From assembly GCA_963751345.1 (NCBI GenBank), contig CAVVUS010000020.1, forward strand, positions 1-39,530: a stretch of DNA of 39,530 nt, in the 5' to 3' direction. The position numbers and the translations under genes were made by a program. Position 1 is the first letter of the stretch, and every line of letters starts with the position of its first letter. Below are positions 9,721 through 19,956 of this stretch, piece by piece. Source of the DNA: an uncultured Chloroflexia bacterium. Lineage in GTDB: Bacteria > Chloroflexota > Anaerolineae > B4-G1 > SLSP01. The notes below the pieces were generated by a model. It made no database searches. It was not told the DNA's origin and was given only the letters and a program-made list of their open reading frames with translations.

Positions 9721-10957
9721 TCACGGAAGCAGGTTACGCAGCCAACCCGCCGTTCGCTTCAGCCATGGAGTCCTCACTGTGCGCCATCCACCTCCCTCTT
9801 CCCATGTCGGCGTCCACTTGACAAGCCCGACTGCAACAGCAGCGTCGGGGCCACTCACCTTGTCGGTCAACCCGGAGATCCCCTTGGGGATCCCGATCTG
9901 CACCGGTAGTTCAAAGATCGATCGCGCAAGGTCCCGCAACCCCGGGAGCTGCGCCGTCCCCCCGCACAGGACCAGCCCGGCAGGCAGCAAACCGTCATAT
10001 CCCGATCGCTTGATCTCCTGTTGTACGTTTTCCAGGATCTCCTCACATCGCGCCTGGATGATCTCCGCCAACTTCCAACGCGGGATCGGTATCGGGTTCC
10101 CCTCCCCATACGGCGAGACCGCGAACCGCTCGTCCTCCGCCACCTGGTTCGAGACCGCGTGCCCATGGCTGAGCTTGACCGCTTCCGCAACCTGCGAGGG
10201 CAGACGCAGACCAATAGCAATATCGTTCGTCACGTACTCCCCACCCAGCGGAAGCGATTTAGTGTGCCACACCGTGCCCTCAATGAAGATGGCGATGTCG
10301 ACGGTCCCCTCGCCAATGTCCACCAGGACCACACCCATCTCCTTCTCGTTGTCGGTCCAGCACCGAGCTTCCCGCCGCCAGGCTGGCCATCACCATCTCG
10401 CTGATCTGGATGCCGGCTCCCTGGACACACTTCCGCAGGTTTTGGAGCGCCGTGCTCGATCCCATCACGACGTGCGCTTCCACCTCCAGCCGGAAACCGT
10501 GCATGCCGAGAGGATTCCGCACGCCCTCTTGGCCATCCACCGTGTAAGTGCGCGGCAGGATATGCACCAGCTCCTGGTTCTGTGGGAGCACGATGGCTCC
10601 GGCGGCCTCCAACACCCGATCGATGTCGTCCGGGGCAATCCCACGATCGCGCCGGGTCACGCCCACCACGCCGGTGCTGTTCCGAGACGTGATGTGCGCC
10701 CCGGTCACACCGACAAAGCCCCGCTCGATCTGGTAGCCACTGCTCTGCTCGGCCTGCTCCACCGCCTCGGCAATCGCGGCGGTGGCCTGTGCCACGTTGA
10801 CCACCACGCCCTTCTTGATTCCCCGCGCAGGGACGCGCCCCACACCCACAATGCGCACCGCTTCGGCGTGGCCTCCGGTTCCCGCAGACTCAACTTCGCC
10901 GACCAATACCAGGATGCGATGGGTGCCAACATCAATGCCAACAACAGATCTTTCCAC
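9721..10957 (-). CDS. ftsA: Cell division protein FtsA (extra G at ~10357)
   Basis: GIDVGT, GIKKGVVVN, GMHGFRLEVEAH, then (T)DNEKEMGVVLVDIGEGT, VTNDIAIGL, LCGGTAQLPG. Confidence 0.93.
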
Positions 10958-10968
10958 GTATCACCCCC

Positions 10969-11862
10969 CTACCACGAACGATCAAGAGAATAGGTAGCCC
11001 CATCAGAGAAACGCACATCTACGACTTGTGGGGAGATCCCGTTGGCGGCAAAATCATCCAGAAGTACCTGGTACATCTGCCAGCGCGGGGCCATATCCGG
11101 GCCCACACCAAACGCGACCCGCCAGCCGGCTGGATCCGTCCAGATCAGCCCGTGAGCGGGGGCGTATTCAAGCTGGTCCGCGGGAACGCCCAGAGCACCT
11201 AGCGCAGCCACACCCTGCTGGATCGAGTCGATCGAATGTGCACCCCCCTCGACCGGCCGGATGCCACGGAGCACGGGGAGGTCCGGGCGCTCGCCCTGTG
11301 CCGGGAAGAAAGTACCCTCCCGGTCCACCCAGTACTTGGTGCTCCCATCCACCCACACCAGCACCGGGACACGCTCCGCAAGTGCGATCTGGCACTTCGT
11401 CGGGAAAAGACCACAGGTGACCTTGACGTCGACGAGCTGGGGCATCGCCGTCGCGATGGCCACCTCGGCCTCGGCCGGATGAAGCGCAAACCGGTGCCAG
11501 CCCAGAAGATCCGAGACCAGCTTCACCTGCTGCTTCATCTCGGGCGAGTAGATTCCCGTCACACTCAGATCGTCCCACAGCAGATACCACGCGTTGCCCA
11601 GCGCCACCCACAGACCCAGGCCGACGATCGCCACCAGCACGAGAACGGCCTTCAGTGGGATCTTGATCGGACGGGACTCAGCGTGATACGCTGCAAACTG
11701 CTCCTTCGGCCCGAGCAGTGCGGCGGTCCGGTAGTAACGCTGCTTCTTGACGAACGGTTGCGTTCGCCCTGACGTCCGCGTTCGCTCGAACGTCCGCGTT
11801 CGCTCGAACGGTTGCGCTTGCCCGTACTGCTGCGGACGCCCCGATCTCCCAGCTCGCTTCAT
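10969..11862 (-). CDS. ftsQ: FtsQ/DivIB-like cell division protein
   Basis: Lies between ddl and ftsA; basic cytoplasmic N-terminus, single TM helix, ERVP..W..WVD, C-terminal VDVRF; GGAGG RBS. Confidence 0.75.
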   Translation of the reverse strand: MKRAGRSGRPQQYGQAQPFERTRTFERTRTSGRTQPFVKKQRYYRTAALLGPKEQFAAYHAESRPIKIPLKAVLVLVAIVGLGLWVALGNAWYLLWDDLSVTGIYSPEMKQQVKLVSDLLGWHRFALHPAEAEVAIATAMPQLVDVKVTCGLFPTKCQIALAERVPVLVWVDGSTKYWVDREGTFFPAQGERPDLPVLRGIRPVEGGAHSIDSIQQGVAALGALGVPADQLEYAPAHGLIWTDPAGWRVAFGVGPDMAPRWQMYQVLLDDFAANGISPQVVDVRFSDGATYSLDRSW

Positions 11863-11900
11863 AGAATCCCTCCTCCCGTCGCCGATGGCGTGGTCAGCGG

Positions 11901-12008
11901 TGACACGTTCGTGTGCAGAAACGTTTCCACGTTCAGGCACCAACGGCGTGCCCCGAGCACACCATAGGTGGAACATGAAAGCGTGTCAACGTTCAGACGT
12001 TCCAACGC
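11901..12008 (-). repeat. 8-nt ACGTT-core array/hairpin directly after the ddl stop
   Basis: Plus strand AACATGAA AGCGTGTC AACGTTCA GACGTTCC AACGCT abuts the stop; distal TGACACGTT and AACGTTTCCACGTTC can pair back. Confidence 0.65.
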
Positions 12009-13189
12009 TTACGGCCTAAACACCCGCTCAGATCGTTCGTTCTCCTGGTGACGATCCAGGGCCAGATCGATCAGCCAGTCCAGAAGCTTGTCATACGGAA
12101 CACCTGAGGCTTCCCACAGCTTTGGATACATACTGATCGGCGTGAACCCCGGTATCGTGTTGACCTCATTAAGATAGATGTCGTCGGTTTCCCCATTGAG
12201 CAGGAAATCTACGCGGGCCATACCTGCCCCATCGATGGCTTTGAACGTACGTACCGCCAGATCCTGGATCAGCACACGGGTTTCCGGCTCGAGCGGCGCC
12301 GGAATCAGCAGCTTGGACGCGTTCTCGCCCTCATCCAGATACTTGGACGCGTAGTCATAGAACTCGCGACTGGGTATCACCTCACCCGGCAGCGACGCAC
12401 TGGGCTCTTCGTTGCCCGAGAACGCTGACCTCGATCTCCCGGGCCGCCGGTACCGCCCACTCCACCAGAATGCGTCGATCGTAGCGGGATGCATCATTGA
12501 TGCCACGCAGGAGTTCCTCGCGATTCCTGCACTTCGAAATACCCACACTGGAGCCGAGATTGGCGGGCTTGGTGAAGACGGGGTAGCCCAGATGCGTCTC
12601 GATCTGATCCATCCGCGCGCCGGGATCCGCCAGCCACTCCCGCCGGGACATCCACACATAGTCCGTGATAGGAATGCCATGTGCTTTCATCACGTCCTTG
12701 AACGTGATCTTGTCCATCGCCAGTGCCGAAGAAAGGACGCCTGCGCCCACATAGGGCACGCCGGAGAGCTCCAGCAGCCCCTGTACCGTGCCGTCCTCAC
12801 CGAAGGTCCCGTGCAAGACGGGGAATATCACGTCGACCTGGGAGAGCGAGGCCAACCCGCCCACTCCCTCTCCGGCAAGCGCCATGTCCGGGCCTTATCG
12901 CCTCCTCGGGGGAGCCCTGCGACGCCGGCGCTTCACGCGGCGACCATAGCCCCGGCTTCGAAGGATCGGCGAAGATCGCCGCGGGCCGCGTCCCGGAGAG
13001 GTCCTCCTCCATCAGCGCCGCCATAGGATTCCGACCGACAACCCACGCGCCCTCGCGCGTGATCCCCACCGGGATCACCTCGTATTTCTCGGGGTTGAGC
13101 GCGTTCATCACCGACCGCGCCGACGCCAGACTGACTTCGTGTTCACCCGACCGCCCACCGAAGATGACGGCCACCCTAAGTTTCGCCAT
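12009..13189 (-). CDS. ddl: D-alanine--D-alanine ligase (frameshifts at ~12890 and ~12418)
   Basis: [70 protein letters not shown], spread over three frames. Confidence 0.93.
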
Positions 13190-13200
13190 AGTAACCCTAT

Positions 13201-14130
13201 CTAGCTTTCCGCCACGGTTTCAATTTCCGGTTCCAACAGCACGCCGAACTGCTCCTGCACCTCGGCCTGCACCCTCTCGACCAACGCCCTGAAGTCTGCC
13301 GCCGTGCCCTCTCCCGTATTGATGAAGAAATTCGCGTGATGATCCGACACCACAATGCCGCCGCAACGCGCGCCCTTGAGTCCGGCAGCCTCGATCAGGC
13401 GTCCGGCGTAGTCACCGGGCGGGTTCTTGAACGTCGAGCCCAGCGTCCGCCCGGGCGGCTGGGTACGCTGGCGGCGCGCCGTGTAGTCGGCCGCCTTGTC
13501 TGCCAACCTGGCCGGATCGGACGGTCGGAGCTGCAATTCCGCTCGGAGCACCAGCCATTGCTGCCCGGCCCCCTTCAGCTTACTGCATCGATAACGAAAT
13601 CCAAACCAATCTACAGGCACCCGCACCACTGCCCCATCCGATCCCAGGACGTCGGCTGCTACCAAGACGCGAGAAATCTCCCCGCCAAAGGCCCCGGCGT
13701 TATTGACGACGGCCCCGCCCATCGTGCCCGGCAGCCCAACGGCCCAGGTGAGCCCTCCCCACCCGCGTGCTACCAGGTCCCGAGCGAGCTTCACGACCAC
13801 AACCCCGGCATCGGCCAAGAGCCGATGCCCCTCTCCGTATGCGACCTCACGGCAGCGATTCAAGATGACCACGCCGCGCAGCCCTGCGTCGGGCAGCAGG
13901 ATGTTTGTCAGGCCACCGTAGACACGCCACGGAACCTCATGGTCCTGCGCCAACCGCACTGCCTTGACCAATACGTCTCGGCTCTGCGCAACGACCAGGA
14001 GATCCGCCGGTCCGCCAACGCCGACCCAGGAATAGCGCGCCAGCGGCGCATTCGGCTCGGCGACGTCGCCCAATGCCTCTGCAACGGCACCGATGGCCAC
14101 CACATCCCGTTCACTCAATCGTGTCACCAT
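13201..14130 (-). CDS. murB: UDP-N-acetylenolpyruvoylglucosamine reductase
   Basis: [49 protein letters not shown]. Confidence 0.95.
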   Translation of the reverse strand: MVTRLSERDVVAIGAVAEALGDVAEPNAPLARYSWVGVGGPADLLVVAQSRDVLVKAVRLAQDHEVPWRVYGGLTNILLPDAGLRGVVILNRCREVAYGEGHRLLADAGVVVVKLARDLVARGWGGLTWAVGLPGTMGGAVVNNAGAFGGEISRVLVAADVLGSDGAVVRVPVDWFGFRYRCSKLKGAGQQWLVLRAELQLRPSDPARLADKAADYTARRQRTQPPGRTLGSTFKNPPGDYAGRLIEAAGLKGARCGGIVVSDHHANFFINTGEGTAADFRALVERVQAEVQEQFGVLLEPEIETVAES

Positions 14131-14133
14131 GTC

Positions 14134-15618
14134 TCATTCCAGAACCGATGGATCGGTTACTACAAACCAGGGTCGTAGTAACGACATCAGTCGTTCTCCT
14201 TCTGCAGCGCCTCCAATCAGGCGCCGTCCGACGACATACTCGTTCCCGGCACCCATCAGCAGCACGACGTCACCCGGAGACACGATCCCCGCCAGATGTG
14301 CCACGACCTCATCCAGCGAATCGGCCCCCCAGACTGCAGGGTGGTCGAGATCCCGCACCAGATCACGAGTCGCAAGCGACCCATCGTCGACCTCGCGCGC
14401 CGCATAGATCGGCATCACGACGACCCGATCCGCATCGTGGAAGGCGTCCATGAACTCGTCGTAGAGCGCTCGCACACGACTGAACGTATGCGGCTCCCAC
14501 ACGGCGACCAGCCTCCGCGCCCCGTATCTTCCCCGCGCGGCCTGCAGGTTCCCGCGGATTTGCGTAGGATGATGCGCATAGTCGTCGATGACCGTCACGC
14601 GGTCCACTTCACCCAACACCTCAAAGCGCCGTGCCGTACCCTCAAAGGACTCCAGCGCCCTGCGGGCCACGTCCCAGCCCACCCCGACCTCCGTGGCGAC
14701 GGCCAGCGTGGCCAGAGCATTAAGGACGTTGAACGTGCCCGGGAGCTGAAGGTTGATCTCCGCCGGCGCCCCGTTCCCTGTGAAAGCCATCCCGCCATGT
14801 TCAGCCTCAAAACTGACGCCGCCACGCTCATTCCCGTGGAGGTGCGTGGCGCACCAATCCAACCCCGCAGTAGGATCCAGCCCGTACATCACGACACGTC
14901 CGCCGTTGGCGTGGTGCGATGCCGCCACAGCCCTTGAGATCTCGTCGTCGCTGCAGGCCACCAACAGCCCACCCGGGACGATGTTTCCGACGAACTCCCC
15001 AAAGGCAAGGCGCACGTGGCCCAGATCCTCAAAACAATCGGGATGGTCGAACTCCACATTCGTGACCACGGCGATGCTCGGCTTCAGCGCGAGAAAGGTC
15101 TGACGATACTCATCCGCCTCTATGACAAAGTGCCGGCCCGTGCCGGCGTGAGCATTTGTTCCAAGATTGGCCTGGACGCCGCCCACCACGTAGGTGGGAT
15201 CGAGTCCCGCCTCCAGCAGAGTGAGCGCGATCATGCCGGTCACCGTCGTCTTGCCGTGCGTCCCGGCAATCGCGATCACGTCATATCCGGCAGTCAGATC
15301 CGTAAGGAACTCAGGTCGCCGCATCACGTGGATCCCGCGCTGTCGTGCCGCCACGAGCTCGACATTGTCATCGGTGACTGCAGAAGACGCCAGCACCAGG
15401 TCCGCCGAACCGACATCCCCTGCGGCATGCCCAATCACCACGTCAATTCCCTCGGCCCGCAGGGCCGTCGTCACCGGCGAGCCCCGCCGGTCAGAGCCGT
15501 GAACGCGCAGTCCCCATCCGTGGAGCACCCGGGCGATGGCCGACATGCCGGCTCCCCCGATGCCCACGATGTGGATCTCGTGGACACCCCGCAGCCAGTC
15601 GCTGCTCAGACTATCCAT
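14134..15618 (-). CDS. murC: UDP-N-acetylmuramate--L-alanine ligase (true stop may be ~14187 if there is a +1 error)
   Basis: GIGGAGMS, GSD, AGTHGKTT, EADEY, DHPD, RRFE, DDYAHHPT, MGAG. Confidence 0.95.
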   Translation of the reverse strand: MDSLSSDWLRGVHEIHIVGIGGAGMSAIARVLHGWGLRVHGSDRRGSPVTTALRAEGIDVVIGHAAGDVGSADLVLASSAVTDDNVELVAARQRGIHVMRRPEFLTDLTAGYDVIAIAGTHGKTTVTGMIALTLLEAGLDPTYVVGGVQANLGTNAHAGTGRHFVIEADEYRQTFLALKPSIAVVTNVEFDHPDCFEDLGHVRLAFGEFVGNIVPGGLLVACSDDEISRAVAASHHANGGRVVMYGLDPTAGLDWCATHLHGNERGGVSFEAEHGGMAFTGNGAPAEINLQLPGTFNVLNALATLAVATEVGVGWDVARRALESFEGTARRFEVLGEVDRVTVIDDYAHHPTQIRGNLQAARGRYGARRLVAVWEPHTFSRVRALYDEFMDAFHDADRVVVMPIYAAREVDDGSLATRDLVRDLDHPAVWGADSLDEVVAHLAGIVSPGDVVLLMGAGNEYVVGRRLIGGAAEGERLMSLLRPWFVVTDPSVLE

Positions 15619-15646
15619 AGCTCGTACGTTACGCTGCACAGGTCAC

Positions 15647-16177
15647 TCACACGAAGACGATGAGAACGAAAGCAAACGACACCGCGACCGCGACAAAGAG
15701 CGAGGGTCCCTGCAACCACTGGGTAGGCAGGTACTTGAGCAGGTTCAATGCAGCGGCGGACTGAGGTCCCGTGATCCCCCAGATCGCGTAGCCCATCTCG
15801 TTCAGAAACCCCCACACCATTCCGACCACCAAGAAACCGTTGATACCTCCCAGGAACAGACCTAACAGGGTATCCTGCAGCTTCTCCTTCCGGGCACGAG
15901 CACCCAGCCTGGCCGAGATCACCGTTGTCGCATACCCGAACGCCACCAGGATCGCGAAGATCATCATCCGCACGTAGAACCACGTCTTCGGATCCGACTG
16001 CTCCAGCGACTGCAGCGCGGTGCTGAGCACCGGCACATAGACCAAGGCCACGTACTCGATGAAACGGGCCAGGATCACGCTGAAACTGACGAGCAGCTCC
16101 TTTGCCCATCCCCGCAGCGCACCGATGATACCGAAGAGAAGGACCAGACCGAGAAACCAGGTCTCCAGAGGTACCAT
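15647..16177 (-). CDS. CvpA-like small multi-pass membrane protein
   Basis: Hydrophobic 176 aa with GALRGWAKE and D.LLGLFLGGING, resembling colicin V production (CvpA) motifs. Confidence 0.6.
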   Translation of the reverse strand: MVPLETWFLGLVLLFGIIGALRGWAKELLVSFSVILARFIEYVALVYVPVLSTALQSLEQSDPKTWFYVRMMIFAILVAFGYATTVISARLGARARKEKLQDTLLGLFLGGINGFLVVGMVWGFLNEMGYAIWGITGPQSAAALNLLKYLPTQWLQGPSLFVAVAVSFAFVLIVFV

Positions 16178-16181
16178 TGAC

Positions 16182-17354
16182 TCACCCTTGTCCTTGTGTG
16201 TTCTGACGGCCCCGGCCTAGCGCAACGAGCAACCGCGCCGCACGCGCGGCGGCGTCCGGTCTGGCGAGCTGACGCGCGGCCTCGGCCATCGCGTGCAGCC
16301 GTCCCGGTTCGGCGCCCGCCGATCCGTCAGAGAAGAGATCACGAACGGTGGGAACGATCACATCAGACAGCTCCGCATCCTCAACGATGACTGCAGCACC
16401 GCGATCCGCCAGCCATCCCGCATTGACGCGCTGATATCGCCACGCGTATGGGTAGGGCACCAGGATTGCGGGGAGGCCGAAGTGGGGGAATTCCCCAAGC
16501 ACACTTGCCCCCGCGCGGCATATGACCAGATCGGCCGCTCTCATCGCAGCGCCCATCCTCGTGTGGAGATAAGGGAACGCGTGATACCGGGCGAGGACGT
16601 CGTCGGGCAGATCCTGACGAGCCGCCTCGATCTCCGGCCAATCCAGCGTGCCGCTCACGTGTACCACGTCACCCAAAGCCGTCAAAGCCTCCAGGTTCCC
16701 AAGGAGCGCGCGGTTGATCGACCTCGCGCCTCTGCTACCGCCAAAGACAAGGAGCACAGGCTTGCCGGCATCGTCGTCGGCCGCCGGAGCCAATCCCAGG
16801 GCCTCGCGCGCCTCGGCCAGCGTCTGCTCCCCGGGGCGCGTCCATCGCGTGATCCGCTCACCCAACGGGTACCCCGTCACAACCGCCTTCCCATCCGGGA
16901 AATAGGCGCACGAATCCGGCACGGTCACGGCAACCTGCGCCGCCAGCCGGGAGACGACCTTCACCGACTGCGCAGGTTCGATGTCCGGTACGTAGACCAG
17001 CATCGGTACACCCTCCAGGCGCAACGCCACGGCCACAGGTCCGCTCACAAATCCACCCGTGGTCAATGCAGCCGCCGGACGCTCGGCCCTAACCATCCGG
17101 CGGGCGACGAAAATCGCCCGCACCAGGTCATAGCCATTGCGAATCGCGTTGAGCAGAGCGACACCGTGCAGACCTCCTCCAGGTATCCCCACAAAGCGAA
17201 TGCCCTCCCTGCGGATCAGGTCACCCTCCATCCCATCGAGGGTCCCGATCCAGGTCACCTCAGCGTCAGGAGCGATATCGGGAAGAGCTTGTGCTATGGC
17301 GAGGGCCGGATAGACGTGCCCACCCGTCCCGCCACCAACCATCCAAAACCGCAT
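16182..17354 (-). CDS. murG: Lipid II GlcNAc transferase MurG
   Basis: GGGTGGHVYPA, GGFVSGP, VTGYP, FGGSRGA, CRAGAS, LVPYP..Q..NA. Confidence 0.95.
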   Translation of the reverse strand: MRFWMVGGGTGGHVYPALAIAQALPDIAPDAEVTWIGTLDGMEGDLIRREGIRFVGIPGGGLHGVALLNAIRNGYDLVRAIFVARRMVRAERPAAALTTGGFVSGPVAVALRLEGVPMLVYVPDIEPAQSVKVVSRLAAQVAVTVPDSCAYFPDGKAVVTGYPLGERITRWTRPGEQTLAEAREALGLAPAADDDAGKPVLLVFGGSRGARSINRALLGNLEALTALGDVVHVSGTLDWPEIEAARQDLPDDVLARYHAFPYLHTRMGAAMRAADLVICRAGASVLGEFPHFGLPAILVPYPYAWRYQRVNAGWLADRGAAVIVEDAELSDVIVPTVRDLFSDGSAGAEPGRLHAMAEAARQLARPDAAARAARLLVALGRGRQNTQGQG

Positions 17355-18483
17355 CCCAATCTCCCTTTGGCTTTCCATGCGATATACCTAACAACAATCC
17401 CACCCCCGCCAAGGTCATCAGCATCTCGGTGCCGCCATAGCTGAAGAAGGGAAGGGCCGTCCCGGTGGGTGGAAACAGCCCGATCATCACCAAGATATTG
17501 AGCAGCGCCTCGGTCAGGATCATCGTCGTGACACCGAAGGCAACCAGCGAGCCAAAAGGATCCGGCGTTCCCAGCGTGACCCGATAGCCTCTATACGCCA
17601 GGAGTATGAAGAGCAGGATGACGGCCAGACATCCCAATAGTCCGGCCTCCTCGCCTACCACCGCGAAAATGCTGTCCGTGTGGGGGAAAGGCAGGTACCC
17701 GAACTTCAGTTGGCCCCCTCCCAACCCCACCCCGAAGATGCCACCCTCTGCAATGGCCTGGACCGACCGATGCACGTGGTAGGGCATAAGATCCGGATTG
17801 TTCAGGGAGGCCAGATAGGCCTCCAGGCGTCCACGCGCGTGATGCATGTTCCAGGCCAGGAGACCAAACGTCGCTCCGCCTGTCAGCACCGACACAAAGA
17901 TCTGGATGGGATCGCCGCCGGCGAAGAAGAACATCGCGACTGCAGTGACAATGATCAACAAGGCGGTGCTCAGATCCGGCTGCAGGATGACCAGTCCTCC
18001 CACCAACCCCACAATCATGCCGAAGGGAATCAGACCGTATTTCACCTGGTTGAGTTGTTCGCCCTTGGAGGCAAGCCATGCCGCGATATAGATCACGGCG
18101 ACCAGCCGGGCCAGCACGCCAGGCTGGATAGAGCTGCCCAGGCCGAATAGACTGCCTACCTGCGTCGTCGGCTGCGACAGATCGATAAGTCCCCGCGAAG
18201 CGCCAAAGACCGGCTTGGCAAAGAGGTCTGTCACCAACAGCAGGAGCAGATTGGCCAGCATCAGGAGCGGCGCGACCTTCTGCCATATCGGATAAGGGAC
18301 GCGATACAGGATCACCGCGGTGACGATACCCATGCCAATCCACACAAGCTGGCGCGTCCAGAAGCTGCCGCCGATGTAGAACGTGGCGCTGTACAGGGCC
18401 AGGAGCCCATAGAGAAGCAGCAAGATGACAACGGCCAATAGCACGCCGTCTACCGCGTAGCTTGTGACTCTATGCTTCGACAT
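17266..18483 (-). CDS. ftsW: Peptidoglycan polymerase FtsW (SEDS family)
   Basis: SIQP, LQPDLST, GGIFGVGLG, LPFPHTDSIFAVVGEE, PTGTALPFFSYGG; dcw position. Confidence 0.93.
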   Translation of the reverse strand: MSKHRVTSYAVDGVLLAVVILLLLYGLLALYSATFYIGGSFWTRQLVWIGMGIVTAVILYRVPYPIWQKVAPLLMLANLLLLLVTDLFAKPVFGASRGLIDLSQPTTQVGSLFGLGSSIQPGVLARLVAVIYIAAWLASKGEQLNQVKYGLIPFGMIVGLVGGLVILQPDLSTALLIIVTAVAMFFFAGGDPIQIFVSVLTGGATFGLLAWNMHHARGRLEAYLASLNNPDLMPYHVHRSVQAIAEGGIFGVGLGGGQLKFGYLPFPHTDSIFAVVGEEAGLLGCLAVILLFILLAYRGYRVTLGTPDPFGSLVAFGVTTMILTEALLNILVMIGLFPPTGTALPFFSYGGTEMLMTLAGVGLLLGISHGKPKGDWDAVLDGWWRDGWARLSGPRHSTSSSRYRS

Positions 18484-18578
18484 CGCCCCCCCTTTCGTAG
18501 GTGCTCCGCAAAGCCGATCAGAGCTCCGGGCTTATGTATGCCGGGAAAGACTTCGTATAGACTTGGCCCTGTCCGGGC

Positions 18579-19956
18579 TCAGACAACAAGGGTATCCACC
18601 AGCTCGCGAAACCGGGCACCTCGCTCGGCGAAGTCGCGAAATGCATCAAAGCTCGTCCCCCCAGGGGAGAGGAGCACCACGTCGCCGGGCCGCGCCCGCG
18701 CGGCGGCTAACTCGACGGCATTCTCAAGGGTGCCGGCCATCACGATCTCCTCAAGGCTTGCAGCCTGCGTTGGCCGAACGTTCAAGGGCCTCGGTGACCC
18801 GGTCACGAATCAGCGGCGCTGCTTCGCCGAATAGAATCAACGCCCGGACGCGCTCGACGGCCTGTGCGGCGAATCGCTCCCACGGCAGGTCCTTGTCCCG
18901 TCCCCCCGCCAGCAGAACCAGCGGCTCATCAAAAGCCCCCAGCGCTGCGATCACGCGCTCCGGCGCCGTCGCGATCGAGTCGTTGATCCAGAGGACGCCG
19001 TTGAGCGACCGGACCTCCTCCAAGCGGTGCGGCACTCCGTCGAATCCGGCAATTGCGTCACGCATGCCGTCCAGCGTAGCGCCACCCGCGTCGGCCAGCA
19101 CAATCGCCGCCAGCACGTTCATCACGTTGTGGTAGCCCCGCAGCCTGATGGTGTCCCGCGAGACGACGGGGACTTCGCCCGACGCCGTCCGCAGCACCAA
19201 GTGACCTTCGCGCAGGAATGCCCCCTCGACACCCGGGTCCTCGCATCCGCTGAAATACCGCACATGGGCCGGCGTAGCCGAACTCAGGGCGCGCGCATTG
19301 GCATCGTCCAGCCCCAGCACAGCAATGTCGTCGGGTCCCTGGTTCGCGACGATGTGCCGCTTCGCCGCGATATAAGCCGCCATGGTCTTGTGCCGATCGA
19401 GATGATTCGGCGTGATGTTCAGCACGCCGGCCACGTGCGGGCTCGTGTGCATAAGCTCCAGTTGGAAGCTGCTGAGCTCCATCACCACACGATCCGTCGG
19501 TCGGATATCGAGCAGCTCATTGATGAGGGGGTTGCCGATGTTCCCCCCCACGAAGGTCCTCAGGCCCGACGCCTCAAGCATTCGGCCGACCAGCGCCGTC
19601 GTCGTCGTCTTTCCGGCTGATCCCGTGATGCCGATCACCGGGGCTACGCAGCGAGCCATGAACTCCTGGGCGTCATTGCTGAGCGGTATGCCTCGGCGCA
19701 GCGCCTCCTGTACCAACGGAAGGTCCGGCGGCACGCCGCCACTCAGACAAAGCAGGTCGCACCCATCCAACAGGGAAAGCGGGTGCCCTCCCAACACGTA
19801 CGTGACCTCCAGGTCCGCCAGCTCTGCCAGCGGCTGAGCCAGTTGATCCGCCGTGCGGGTGTCCGACGCCACGACCTTCGCCCCCTGCTCCACAAAAAAA
19901 CGGATCAGGGCGGTGCCCTGGCGGGCAAGGCCCAGGACGACGACGGTCTCAGCCAT
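18579..19956 (-). CDS. murD: UDP-MurNAc-L-Ala--D-Glu ligase (frameshift at ~18755)
   Basis: [45 protein letters not shown]; C-terminal [20 protein letters not shown] in a second frame. Confidence 0.93.
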
